A stretch of 64,000 nucleotides of DNA, taken from the NCBI GenBank assembly GCA_963773095.1, contig CAVYZY010000008.1, positions 266,589 to 330,588 on the forward strand. The letters run 5' to 3'. The notes beneath the pieces were generated by a model. It searched no databases. It was not told where the DNA came from and worked only from the letters and a program-made list of their open reading frames with translations. Of this stretch, positions 44,655 to 55,693 are shown piece by piece. The position numbers and the translations under genes were made by a program. Each line of letters begins with the position of its first letter. Position 1 is the first letter of the stretch. The stretch comes from an uncultured Gemmatimonadales bacterium. GTDB taxonomy: Bacteria > Gemmatimonadota > Gemmatimonadetes > Gemmatimonadales > GWC2-71-9.

Positions 44655-45680
44655 CTACCGCTCGAACGCGAAGATGCGCTTCCAATCCTGCTTCATGCTG
44701 ATTACCACCCAGCCACTCTTCGTCGCCTCGTCGTACAACGCCTGTGTGAAAGTGCCCACCTTCGTGTCGGGCAGCCCCTGCGCCGGGCCGTAGGCGTACT
44801 CCCGCGTGGCGTCGTCGTGCAGCACCAGCATCGCGAGTCGGGCGCCGGTTCCCGCCTTGGTGTACTCCAGCATCTGCCGGTCGCCGGGCGAGTTCCCGAA
44901 CGCGGCATACGGCCGGCGGCCGATCATGAGGTGAATACCCTCCACTTTTCCGGCGTTGTCGTCATTGAGGAGCAGCTTTGGTTCCTTGGTGAGGAATGGC
45001 TTGCCGGACCTGTCGTATGACAGGGACGTGGCTCCGGCCGATCCCACCACCTGCTCGGGCGGCACGCCATACGTCTTCTCGGAATAGACGCGGACGAAGT
45101 CCTGGCCGCCGCCGGTTACGATGTAGGTCTTGTAGCCGTTCTCGCGGAGGTAGTGCATCACCTCCTGCATCGGCTGATAGGTGAGCTCGGTGTAGGGCTT
45201 CTTCCAGCGCGGGTCGCGCGCGGAGGTCAGCCACTTGGCCACCTCAGCGTTGAAGTCATCCACGGACATGCCGGTTAGCGTGGCGACCGCGATCTTGACC
45301 AAATCGGCGGTGGGGAGGCGGGCGATAGCATCCCTGTTTCCGCTCAGAACGGTCTTGAAGGGCTCGGCGTTCGCCAACTCCGGCTTCGCCTTCACCAAGG
45401 CCGGTACCCGGTCGAGGCAGAAGATCAGTTGGGCGTAGATCGGATGCGAAACCCAGAGCGTCCCGTCCTGGTCGAACGTGGCGATGCGCTCCGGCACGGG
45501 CACGAACTGCGGGCTCGCCTTGTCGGTGGAGGCCTTCACGAACTCGAGGATGGCCTTCTTCGCTGGCCCCTCGTTCCATGAGGGCAGGGGGTCGCGCCGT
45601 GCCGGTGCCAAGGCGGTGAGCGACGCAAACGCGCCGGCCGCGAGCAGCCAGGGGACGTGCCGCTCTGTGATCCGTGCCAT
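44655..45680 (-). CDS. Secreted HAD-superfamily hydrolase (phosphatase-like)
   Basis: Signal peptide; FDQDGTLW (DxDxT nucleophile motif), YIVTGGG, GNSPGDRQM (motif IV-like). Confidence 0.72.
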   Translation of the reverse strand: MARITERHVPWLLAAGAFASLTALAPARRDPLPSWNEGPAKKAILEFVKASTDKASPQFVPVPERIATFDQDGTLWVSHPIYAQLIFCLDRVPALVKAKPELANAEPFKTVLSGNRDAIARLPTADLVKIAVATLTGMSVDDFNAEVAKWLTSARDPRWKKPYTELTYQPMQEVMHYLRENGYKTYIVTGGGQDFVRVYSEKTYGVPPEQVVGSAGATSLSYDRSGKPFLTKEPKLLLNDDNAGKVEGIHLMIGRRPYAAFGNSPGDRQMLEYTKAGTGARLAMLVLHDDATREYAYGPAQGLPDTKVGTFTQALYDEATKSGWVVISMKQDWKRIFAFER

Positions 45681-45758
45681 GCTTGGCCTCTATACGGGAA
45701 GTGAGGACGCGCCGTCCGGAGTTGCCGGGCGGCGCGTCAGCGAGGGTTGAAGCGGCAG

Positions 45759-47378
<1,620 letters not shown>

Positions 47379-47456
47379 CGGTACTCCAATCAATGTTATG
47401 GGGCTCGGTATCCGGACCTGCTCGCCAAAAACATTACCTGTTCTTCATTCTTAGGC

Positions 47457-47492
47457 AACTGGATGCGGATCATGAACTGGATGCGGATCATG
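47457..47492. repeat. Perfect 18-bp tandem duplication AACTGGATGCGGATCATG x2 in an AT-richer intergenic region
   Basis: Read directly. Lies 79-114 nt upstream of the minus-strand sulfatase start (47378). Confidence 0.9.
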
Positions 47493-47568
47493 AAACGGTC
47501 AAGGTGCGCACCATTTCGTGCATCATGTGCGGCGCTACTGGTTCAGACCAAAAGGAACCTGTGGAACG

Positions 47569-48186
47569 TCACGTCTTCGTCACGGTGACCGCGACGCCTT
47601 CGGTCACCACTGCATTGACCTGGTCGCCTACCGACACGCCGGTCAGGTCGGCGCCCTTGCCGAGCTTGTAGGTCTGCGGCTTGCCGGTGTCGAACTGCAG
47701 CGTCACCTTGCCCTTCGCCTGGTCGATTGCCGTGATCGTGGCGGTGACGGCCACCGTCGCCACGGCGATACCACCCGGCTTGGCACCGACCGGCGTCAGG
47801 ATCGCGCCGCCTTCGACCGCGGAACTCGGCGGCCCGCCGTTCTTCGACAGCCACACCACCGCCTGCTCCGTCACCACCGCGTTCACCTGGTCGCCCACCT
47901 GGAGCTGGTTGTAGTTGACCATGTCGGGTGTCGCCTTGAACGTGGTCTTCTTTCCGTCGGGAAACTCGAGCGTGACCTTGCGGTCCTTGGTGTTGAGCGC
48001 GCTCACCTTGGCGGTGGAGGTGAACGTCTCCACCACGATGGCGCCGCCGCCGGGCGCGGCGGCAACCGCCACCGATTCCGTGCCCTCGACCTTGTTGCCA
48101 CCGCAGGCGGCCAGCGCCGCCGCAACAAGCGGAAGCACGGCGAGACCGCGAGTGTTCCTCGGATTCTGACTGGAATGGAATTCCAT
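47569..48186 (-). CDS. Lipoprotein with two internally duplicated about 65-aa domains
   Basis: Lipobox LAAC. Repeat 1 ...RKVTLEFPDGKKTTFKATPDMVNYNQLQVGDQVNAVVTEQAVV, repeat 2 ...GKVTLQFDTGKPQTYKLGKGADLTGVSVGDQVNAVVTEGVAV. Confidence 0.65.
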   Translation of the reverse strand: MEFHSSQNPRNTRGLAVLPLVAAALAACGGNKVEGTESVAVAAAPGGGAIVVETFTSTAKVSALNTKDRKVTLEFPDGKKTTFKATPDMVNYNQLQVGDQVNAVVTEQAVVWLSKNGGPPSSAVEGGAILTPVGAKPGGIAVATVAVTATITAIDQAKGKVTLQFDTGKPQTYKLGKGADLTGVSVGDQVNAVVTEGVAVTVTKT

Positions 48187-48266
48187 CGGACCATCTGCTC
48201 CTTGGACGAGGGTTCAGGATCATTGCCACTGCGTTTGCTGCAAGCTATCGGGTCCCGCAAGAGCTG

Positions 48267-49094
48267 TCAGTCGCGGTCGAGGTCGAGTGCGGTCCATACC
48301 GCGCGATGGTCGCTGGCAGTCAGGGCCTCGTCGACGGACGCGGCGCGGACACCCCGAGGTTCGAGCCCGCGCAGGAAGACATGGTCGAAGGACCAGACGT
48401 GATGAGTGCGCCCCACGCCGCGGGTGAGCCAGTGGTACCCCGACCGTGCAAACACCTGTCCGGCTCCCATGCGGTTCAAGTCGCCGGCAATGAGGACGGG
48501 ATCGGGGCTCGCGACGGCATCGTCCACCACGGCCTGCGCCTGGGCGTCCTGGCCGCTCGGGAACATCTCCCACATCGTGCTGAAGTGCACGTTGTAGAAG
48601 CGCAGTCTGACGCCGCGCACGAGGATGGTGGCGCGCACCGCGATGCGCCGCGAGCCGCGGGTCCAGCCGCGGCCGGGGAGGGGCACCTTACCGTCGTGCA
48701 CGATTGGCCATCGACTGAGGATGGCGGGGCCGAAATTGCGACCCGTGACCGGGTGCAGCATGGAGGGGTAGTAGACGTAGTGCCCGCCGAGGCGCTCGGC
48801 GGCCCGGGCGACGATGGCGTCGTCCGCCTCCTGGAGGGCGAGGATGTCGGCACCGCCCAGTTGCGGCTCGCGCTCGAGCAGGGACAGCACGGCGTCGGGC
48901 CGCTTGACCAGCTCCACGTTATAGGTCGCGACGTGCAGTGCGCGTGCGTTCCCATTGGCGTCCTCGTTCAGTACGGCGTCATGCCGCGCGAAACGGGGGC
49001 CCCCCTCATCCGCGTAGTTGTGGGACTGTCTCCAGCCCAGCGGCAGCGGCCGGCCGGCGACACCGCGCTGCCAGCGACGTGATTCGTTATCCAT
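48267..49094 (-). CDS. Endonuclease/exonuclease/phosphatase (EEP) family protein
   Basis: VATYNV...ADILALQE...RFYNVHF...IAGDLN...SDHRAV is the canonical EEP motif order. Confidence 0.8.
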   Translation of the reverse strand: MDNESRRWQRGVAGRPLPLGWRQSHNYADEGGPRFARHDAVLNEDANGNARALHVATYNVELVKRPDAVLSLLEREPQLGGADILALQEADDAIVARAAERLGGHYVYYPSMLHPVTGRNFGPAILSRWPIVHDGKVPLPGRGWTRGSRRIAVRATILVRGVRLRFYNVHFSTMWEMFPSGQDAQAQAVVDDAVASPDPVLIAGDLNRMGAGQVFARSGYHWLTRGVGRTHHVWSFDHVFLRGLEPRGVRAASVDEALTASDHRAVWTALDLDRD

Positions 49095-49157
49095 AGGACG
49101 GACAATCTATATCGAGGCTCCATCGAATCGGGCCTCTTCCCGTATATTCGGTGGCCT

Positions 49158-50957
49158 GTGCGCATCCTCCTCGTCGTCCTCGCCGCCGTCGCCCTTTCCG
49201 CCGGCACCTATCTCGGTCTTGAGCGTCTTGGTCGCCGGGCTTGGCCCGCGATCGTGGCGCGCGCCGTGGCGTGGGCCGCGCTGGGCCTGCTGCTGCTCAA
49301 CGTGAGCTGTCCCCGACCGCCGCTGGCACGGCGGCCGATCGTGCTGCTGGACGGGTCGCTCAGCATGACCGCCGCCGGCCGGGACTGGAGCACGAGCCTG
49401 CGACTGGCCGACTCGCTGGGTGAAGTGCGCTACTTCGGGGACGCCCGTCCCGGTACCGACAGCCTGCCCAGCCGGGGGCGGTCGCTGCTGTCGCCGGCGC
49501 TTGCGGCGGCGGCGGCGAGCGCCCGGCCGGTGGTCGTCGTGACGGACGGCGAGATCGATGATGCCACCGAGGTCCCGGCGGACCTGCTGGCGCGCGCGCG
49601 GATCGAGGTACTACCCAGGGCACCGGCGCGGGACGTGGCGGTCGTGGGCGTCGACGGCCCGGCGCGGGTAACGGCCGGCGATTCGTTGCGCTACGAGGTC
49701 ACCGTGCGGATTACCGGTGACACCGCCCGCGACTCAGCTGTGGTCGAACTCCGCTCGGACGATGCGAAGCGGACGCTGCTGGCGCGCCGGGTGCTCCGCG
49801 CGACCGGCGGGGAGGCGCGCGCGGCGCTGCGCGCGGCCTCGAGCGGAATCGCGGCCGGAGAGCACGTGCTGTCGATCAAGGCCGTGGATACCGGTGACGC
49901 CGAGCCGCGCACCGACGAGCGGCTGGTGTACCTGTCGGTCGCGGAAACGCCGGGCGTGGTGTTCGTCGCCAATCCAGCCGACTGGGATGCGCGCTTCCTG
50001 TTCCGCACCATCCGGGAGGTCGCGGCGTTGCCGGTGCGCGGCTACGTGCGGATCGGCGAGAGCTGGCGCACCATGACCGACCTCAAGCCGATCTCCGACG
50101 ACATGCTGCGCCAGGTCATCCGGGGCGCGGACCTGGTAGTGCTCAAGGGAGCGGCGGTCGAGCGCGCCGGTGACGTGCGCGGGCGTGGTGTCTGGCTCTG
50201 GCCGAGCGGGTCCGGCGCGGCAGCGCAGGAAGGGGACTGGTACCTGACGGCGACGCCGGCGTCGCCACTCGCGACGGCGCTCAGTGGATTGCCGATCGAC
50301 TCGTTCCCGCCAGCGGTGGTCCTCACGGCCCAGCAGCCGGCGTCGACGGGTTGGGTGGGGCTCATGGCGCAGGCGGGGCGGCACGGGGCGCCGCGACCGG
50401 CGTTCTTCGGAGCGGAGACAGGCAGCGTGCGCCGGGTGACCACGGCAGTGGATGGGCTCTGGCGCTGGAGCTTCCGCGGGGGCTCGTCGGAGCAGGGGTA
50501 TCGCTCACTCGTGGGCGCCACGGTGACCTGGCTGCTCGGCGCCCCGGACACGGCGCGCGGGCCGGCACACGCCGTTCGGCCGGTGGTGATGAACGGCCGG
50601 CCGCTGGTGTTCGAGTGGACCGGCGCCGGAGCGGCGCATCCGGTGGCGATCACCTGGACCGGTGCGGGCAACAACGGCGCGGATACGCTGCGGTTCGACG
50701 GTGCGGGCCGCGCGGAACTGTGGCTCGCGCCAGGCACATGGCGTTACCGGCTCGAGGGTGACACGCAGGGGCTGGTGGCGGTGGAGGAGTACTCCGACGA
50801 GCTGGTGGCGCGCGCACCGTCCATCGCTTCGAAGGCGGGCGCAAGCGTCACCGGCACGTCACGAACGGCGGCGAGGGATTGGGCGTGGCTGTTTGGGATG
50901 GTGGTGCTTGGGCTGTGCGTGGAGTGGATGATACGACGCCGGCTCGGGCTCAGATAG
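49158..50957 (+). CDS. Large membrane-anchored hypothetical protein (N-terminal 2 TM, C-terminal TM)
   Basis: Coherent 599-aa ORF, GTG start. N-terminal helices, LLDGSLSM (degenerate vWA MIDAS-like DxSxS), C-terminal WAWLFGMVVLGLCVEWMIRRR. No firm family assignment. Confidence 0.55.
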   Translation: MRILLVVLAAVALSAGTYLGLERLGRRAWPAIVARAVAWAALGLLLLNVSCPRPPLARRPIVLLDGSLSMTAAGRDWSTSLRLADSLGEVRYFGDARPGTDSLPSRGRSLLSPALAAAAASARPVVVVTDGEIDDATEVPADLLARARIEVLPRAPARDVAVVGVDGPARVTAGDSLRYEVTVRITGDTARDSAVVELRSDDAKRTLLARRVLRATGGEARAALRAASSGIAAGEHVLSIKAVDTGDAEPRTDERLVYLSVAETPGVVFVANPADWDARFLFRTIREVAALPVRGYVRIGESWRTMTDLKPISDDMLRQVIRGADLVVLKGAAVERAGDVRGRGVWLWPSGSGAAAQEGDWYLTATPASPLATALSGLPIDSFPPAVVLTAQQPASTGWVGLMAQAGRHGAPRPAFFGAETGSVRRVTTAVDGLWRWSFRGGSSEQGYRSLVGATVTWLLGAPDTARGPAHAVRPVVMNGRPLVFEWTGAGAAHPVAITWTGAGNNGADTLRFDGAGRAELWLAPGTWRYRLEGDTQGLVAVEEYSDELVARAPSIASKAGASVTGTSRTAARDWAWLFGMVVLGLCVEWMIRRRLGLR

Positions 50958-50964
50958 GAACTAC

Positions 50965-51033
50965 GTGAGCGGTAAGTGGTGAGCGGTAAGCGGGTAATGG
51001 GCCCGCTCACTGCTTACCGCTTACCGCTTACCT
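50965..51033. repeat. Palindromic heptamer-array element (GTGAGCG GTAAGTG GTGAGCG GTAAGCG | loop | CCGCTCA CTGCTTA CCGCTTA CCGCTTA) upstream of ftsY
   Basis: Same GTRAGCR unit family as 29499 and 40659. Arm mismatches are mostly G-U compatible. Confidence 0.85.
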
Positions 51034-51040
51034 TTCATGG

Positions 51041-51967
<927 letters not shown>

Positions 51968-51984
51968 GGGATCATCCCGGCCCC

Positions 51985-54336
51985 ATGCCTCCACGCGCCC
52001 TGCCTCGCACCTCCTCGCTGCAGCCCGACACCCCGATCCAGTTCCTCAAGGGTGTGGGTGAGAAGCGGGCCGACGCCTTTGCCCGGCTCGGCGTCCGCAC
52101 CGCGCTCGACCTCGTGTGGCACCTCCCGCACCGCTATCTCGACGCTTCCACCCTGACACCGTTTGCGAAGGCGCGCGTGGGCGACGAGATCGCCGCGGTG
52201 GGTCGCGTCATGGCGAAGCGGGTCCTGCCGACTCGGAAGGGGTTGCGGATCTTCCATGCGGTGCTGCGCGACGAGTCCGGCCTGCTCGAGTGCGTGTGGC
52301 CGGGGCAGGCCTTCCTCGACCGAACCATCCGCGAGGGGCAGCTCCTGCTGGTGTCGGGCCCGGTGCGCTTCTATCACGGCCGGCAGCTGGCGCCGCGCGA
52401 GTTCATCATCCTGGGCGAGGCCGACGACGCCGAGTCGGTGCCGGAAGGGCTGATCCTCCCGATCTATCCGGCGACGGAGGGGTTGGGGCACCGGCAGATC
52501 CGCGCGCTGATCGATCGGCACCTCGACGCGCTCATCCCGCTCATTGCCGACCTCCTTCCGCCGGCGCGGCGCGAGGCGCTGGGGCTCCCGACACTGCCCG
52601 AGGCGCTGCGGGTGGTGCACCGTCCGTCGAGCGCCGCCGAGGCGGAACTGGGGCGGAGGCGGCTGGCGTTCGACGAGCTGTTCGACGTGCAGTTGATGCT
52701 GGCGCGCGCGCGGGCGCTGGCCAAGCGCGACAAGGGCGGCCTGGCGCAGGTGAGCAATGCCACCTTCACCCGGCGGCTGCGCGAGTCGCTGCCGTGGACG
52801 CTCACGGGCGACCAGGAGAAGGCGCTCGCGCAGATCGCCACCGACATGGCGGCGCCGGAGCGGATGCACCGCCTGCTGATGGGCGACGTGGGCACGGGCA
52901 AGACGGTGGTGGCGCTGCTCGCGATGCTGGTGGCCCTGGAGAACCAGCACCAGGCCGCGCTCATGGCGCCGACGGAACTGCTGGCCGAACAGCACGCGAC
53001 CACGCTGGCCCGGCTGCTGGCACCGCTCGGCATCATGCCGGAAGTGCTGCTGGGGCGCATGCCCGCCGCCGACAAGGCCGCGTCGCGGAAGCGCATCGCC
53101 TCCGGTGCGGCGCGCATCATCATCGGCACCCATGCGCTGCTGCAGGAGACGGTGGCGTTCAAGCAACTGGGGCTGGTGGTGATCGACGAACAGCACCGCT
53201 TCGGGGTGGAGCAGCGCGCGGCGCTCATCAGCAAGGGGTCGGCGCCCGATGTGCTGCTGCTCACGGCGACGCCGATCCCGCGATCCCTTGCGCTCACGCT
53301 CTACGGCGACCTCGATGTCTCGGCGCTGCGCGAGCGCCCGCCGGGCCGGGGCAAGGTACGCACCGCGATCCGGGTCGACGCGGAGCGGGAACGGGTGTGG
53401 ACCTTCGTCGGTGAGGAATGCCGGCGCGGGCGGCAGGCGTACGTCGTGCTGCCGGTGATCGACGAATCGGAGAAGGCGGACCTGCGTGCGGCGACCACGA
53501 TGGCGGAGCAGCTCAGGAGCCGGTACGTGGACGTCGAGGTCGGCCTGGTGCACGGACGGCTCAAGCCGGAAGAGCGCGACGCGGTGATGCGGCGCTTCCG
53601 CGACGGGACGGTCCGGGTGCTGGTGGCGACGACGGTGATCGAGGTGGGGATCGACGTGCCGAATGCGACGATCATGGTGGTGGAGCATCCGGAGCGGTTC
53701 GGGCTGGCGCAACTGCACCAGTTGCGGGGCCGCGTGGGACGGGGGGACGACGAGAGCTACTGCATCCTGCTGGCCGACGGCGGCGTGCCGGAGCGGCTGA
53801 AGGCGTTCGCGGCGACGACGGACGGGTTCAAGGTGGCGGAGCTGGACCTGCAGGAGCGGGGGATGGGAGACCTGATCGGTGCCCGCCAGTCGGGCGGAAT
53901 CACGCTACGGCATGCGAAGCTGGCGGAGGACGGAGACCTGCTCGAGAAGGCGCGGGCGATGGCGCGAGACGTGATCGAGCGGGATCCCGCGTTGCAGCGG
54001 CCGGAGTACGCGGCGCTGCGGGAGCGGGCGATTGCGCGGTTTCCGAGGGCGGTGGAGTTGTTCAGAGTGGGTAGGAGGGTCGGAGTCGTCAGGAAGTGGC
54101 AGTCGCAGGAACAGCTGACGACTCTGGACTCCGACTCCGACTTCGCTCTCACGGAAAGATCCCCATCTCCCGATAGATCGCCGCTACCTTATCGATCGCC
54201 GTCACCATGGCGGCAGTACGCAGGTCCACGCCCGCGCCCAATGCCACCTTCGTTTCACGCACACCCTGGTACGCCCCGATCATCGTTTCCTCGAGGCCGG
54301 AATTCACGAGGTCGATCTCGTCGGCACCGTGGGTGA
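51985..54336 (+). CDS. recG: ATP-dependent DNA helicase RecG (3' end uncertain; ORF runs 188 nt into convergent gdh)
   Basis: Wedge domain (LKGVGEKRADAF), Walker A GDVGTGKT, DEQH box VIDEQHRFG, QLHQLRGRVGRG. A canonical-length RecG would end near 54070, but no in-frame stop occurs until 54336. Confidence 0.85.
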   Translation: MPPRALPRTSSLQPDTPIQFLKGVGEKRADAFARLGVRTALDLVWHLPHRYLDASTLTPFAKARVGDEIAAVGRVMAKRVLPTRKGLRIFHAVLRDESGLLECVWPGQAFLDRTIREGQLLLVSGPVRFYHGRQLAPREFIILGEADDAESVPEGLILPIYPATEGLGHRQIRALIDRHLDALIPLIADLLPPARREALGLPTLPEALRVVHRPSSAAEAELGRRRLAFDELFDVQLMLARARALAKRDKGGLAQVSNATFTRRLRESLPWTLTGDQEKALAQIATDMAAPERMHRLLMGDVGTGKTVVALLAMLVALENQHQAALMAPTELLAEQHATTLARLLAPLGIMPEVLLGRMPAADKAASRKRIASGAARIIIGTHALLQETVAFKQLGLVVIDEQHRFGVEQRAALISKGSAPDVLLLTATPIPRSLALTLYGDLDVSALRERPPGRGKVRTAIRVDAERERVWTFVGEECRRGRQAYVVLPVIDESEKADLRAATTMAEQLRSRYVDVEVGLVHGRLKPEERDAVMRRFRDGTVRVLVATTVIEVGIDVPNATIMVVEHPERFGLAQLHQLRGRVGRGDDESYCILLADGGVPERLKAFAATTDGFKVAELDLQERGMGDLIGARQSGGITLRHAKLAEDGDLLEKARAMARDVIERDPALQRPEYAALRERAIARFPRAVELFRVGRRVGVVRKWQSQEQLTTLDSDSDFALTERSPSPDRSPLPYRSPSPWRQYAGPRPRPMPPSFHAHPGTPRSSFPRGRNSRGRSRRHRG
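54079..54141. repeat. Convergent-gene hairpin with short-repeat arms (GTCGGAGTCGTCAG ... CTGACGACTCTGGACTCCGACTCCGAC) between recG and gdh
   Basis: 10-bp perfect stem 54083-54092 / 54115-54124. The right arm contains GACTCC GACTCC GAC, which allows register shifts. Confidence 0.7.
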
Positions 54337-55564
54337 GTTCCGCCTTCTCCTTCATCCCGAGTGCCTTGCCGGTGAGCCGCTCCACGCCGCCGAGCAGGCC
54401 GCGGGCGAAACCCTCGTCGAAACGCTTCTCCATGCGGCCGAAGCGCACGTGGGAGAGGTTCTTGAGCCACTCGAAGTAGGAGACGGTGACGCCGCCGGCG
54501 TTGAGGTAGAGATCGGGGAGGACCAGCACGCCGCGCTGCTGCAGGATAGCGTCGGCCTCGCTGGTAGTCGGGCCGTTGGCGCCCTCCGCGATGATCTTCG
54601 CCTTGATCTTCGGGGCATTCTCGGCGGTGAGCTGGCGCTCGAGTGCGGCGGGGACGAGGATGTCGCAGTCGAGCTCGAGGGCAGCGACTGACGGGGTGAT
54701 GTCGGTGGCGCCGGGGAAGCCAAGACAGGTGCCCTTCGCCTTGCGGTGGGCCACGACCTTTTCGAGGTCGAGGCCCTTGGGATTGTGCACCGCGCCCTCG
54801 CGCTCAGCGACGGCGACGATGATGGCGCCGCCTTCCTCGAGGAACTTGGCGGCGTGATAACCGACATTGCCCAGCCCCTGCACGATGACGCGCTTGCCGG
54901 CGAGCCCGGGCGTGAGCCCGAGCGCCTTCATGTCCTCGACCACGTCGCAGGCCTCGCGCACGCCAAAGTACACGCCGCGCCCGGTGGCCTCGGTGCGCCC
55001 GCGGATCCCGCCGAGCTGTACCGGCTTTCCGGTGACGCAGCCGAGGGCGTTGAGGTCGTCGGAGCGGATCTGGGCGTAGGTATCGGCGATCCAGGCCATT
55101 TCCTTGGGGCCGGTGCCGAAGTCGGGGGCAGGGACGTCGATGCCGGGCCCGATGTAGTTCTTGCGCACGAGCTCGAAGGTGTAGCGGCGGGTAATGCGCT
55201 CGAGTTCGCCCTCGGAGTACTTGTGCCGGGAGATCCTGATGCCGCCCTTGGCGCCGCCGAACGGTACGTCCACGACGGCGCATTTGTAGGTCATGAGTGC
55301 CGCGAGGGCCATCGTCTCTTCAGCGTCGACGTTCACGTCGTAGCGGATGCCGCCCTTGGTGGGCAGCTTGTGCTGGCTGTGCTCGGCCCGCCAGGCGTGG
55401 ATCGTCTCCAGCGTGCCATCATCGCGGCGGAGGGGGAAGCTGAACTGCACCACGGTGTTGCACTGCCGGATCTGGCCAAGGAGAGTCGGATGGTGTTTCG
55501 TCAGCGCCGCCGCACGGTCAAAGCTGGCCTCGACCTGCGCGAGAAAGCTGGCACCCTGGGACAT
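54149..55564 (-). CDS. gdh: Glutamate dehydrogenase (Glu/Leu/Phe/Val dehydrogenase family, 471 aa)
   Basis: KGGIRY, PFGGAKGGI (catalytic Lys), GLGNVGYHAAK (Rossmann), AEGANGP. ATG 55564; the rest of track ORF 54149-56590 is antisense shadow of asnS. Confidence 0.9.
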   Translation of the reverse strand: MSQGASFLAQVEASFDRAAALTKHHPTLLGQIRQCNTVVQFSFPLRRDDGTLETIHAWRAEHSQHKLPTKGGIRYDVNVDAEETMALAALMTYKCAVVDVPFGGAKGGIRISRHKYSEGELERITRRYTFELVRKNYIGPGIDVPAPDFGTGPKEMAWIADTYAQIRSDDLNALGCVTGKPVQLGGIRGRTEATGRGVYFGVREACDVVEDMKALGLTPGLAGKRVIVQGLGNVGYHAAKFLEEGGAIIVAVAEREGAVHNPKGLDLEKVVAHRKAKGTCLGFPGATDITPSVAALELDCDILVPAALERQLTAENAPKIKAKIIAEGANGPTTSEADAILQQRGVLVLPDLYLNAGGVTVSYFEWLKNLSHVRFGRMEKRFDEGFARGLLGGVERLTGKALGMKEKAELTHGADEIDLVNSGLEETMIGAYQGVRETKVALGAGVDLRTAAMVTAIDKVAAIYREMGIFP

Positions 55565-55654
55565 GACGGCTCCGGTCTGTGGATCGATCGTCAAATGGGA
55601 CGTGGGGAGGTCCTGTAGAGCCCGGAATATGCGAAGCTGCCCGCCCGCCGCAAG

Positions 55655-55683
55655 TTGACGCTCGGGTGACCCGCCAGTAATCT
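55655..55683 (+). promoter_or_regulatory. Candidate sigma70-type promoter of asnS (TTGACG-17-TAATCT)
   Basis: TTGACG at 55655-55660, 17-nt spacer, TAATCT at 55678-55683. Only 10 nt remain before the asnS ATG, which implies a leaderless or near-leaderless mRNA. Sequence match only. Confidence 0.3.
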
Positions 55684-55693
55684 CCCTGCCGCC

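Noticed and set aside
45706-45738. Hairpin GACGCGCCG...CGGCGCGTC downstream of the minus-strand sulfatase, and GCCGCCTG...CAGGCGGC near 44630, as terminators.
   Set aside because: The stems are real but short and are not followed by U-tracts on the relevant strand. The evidence is too weak to list them as features.
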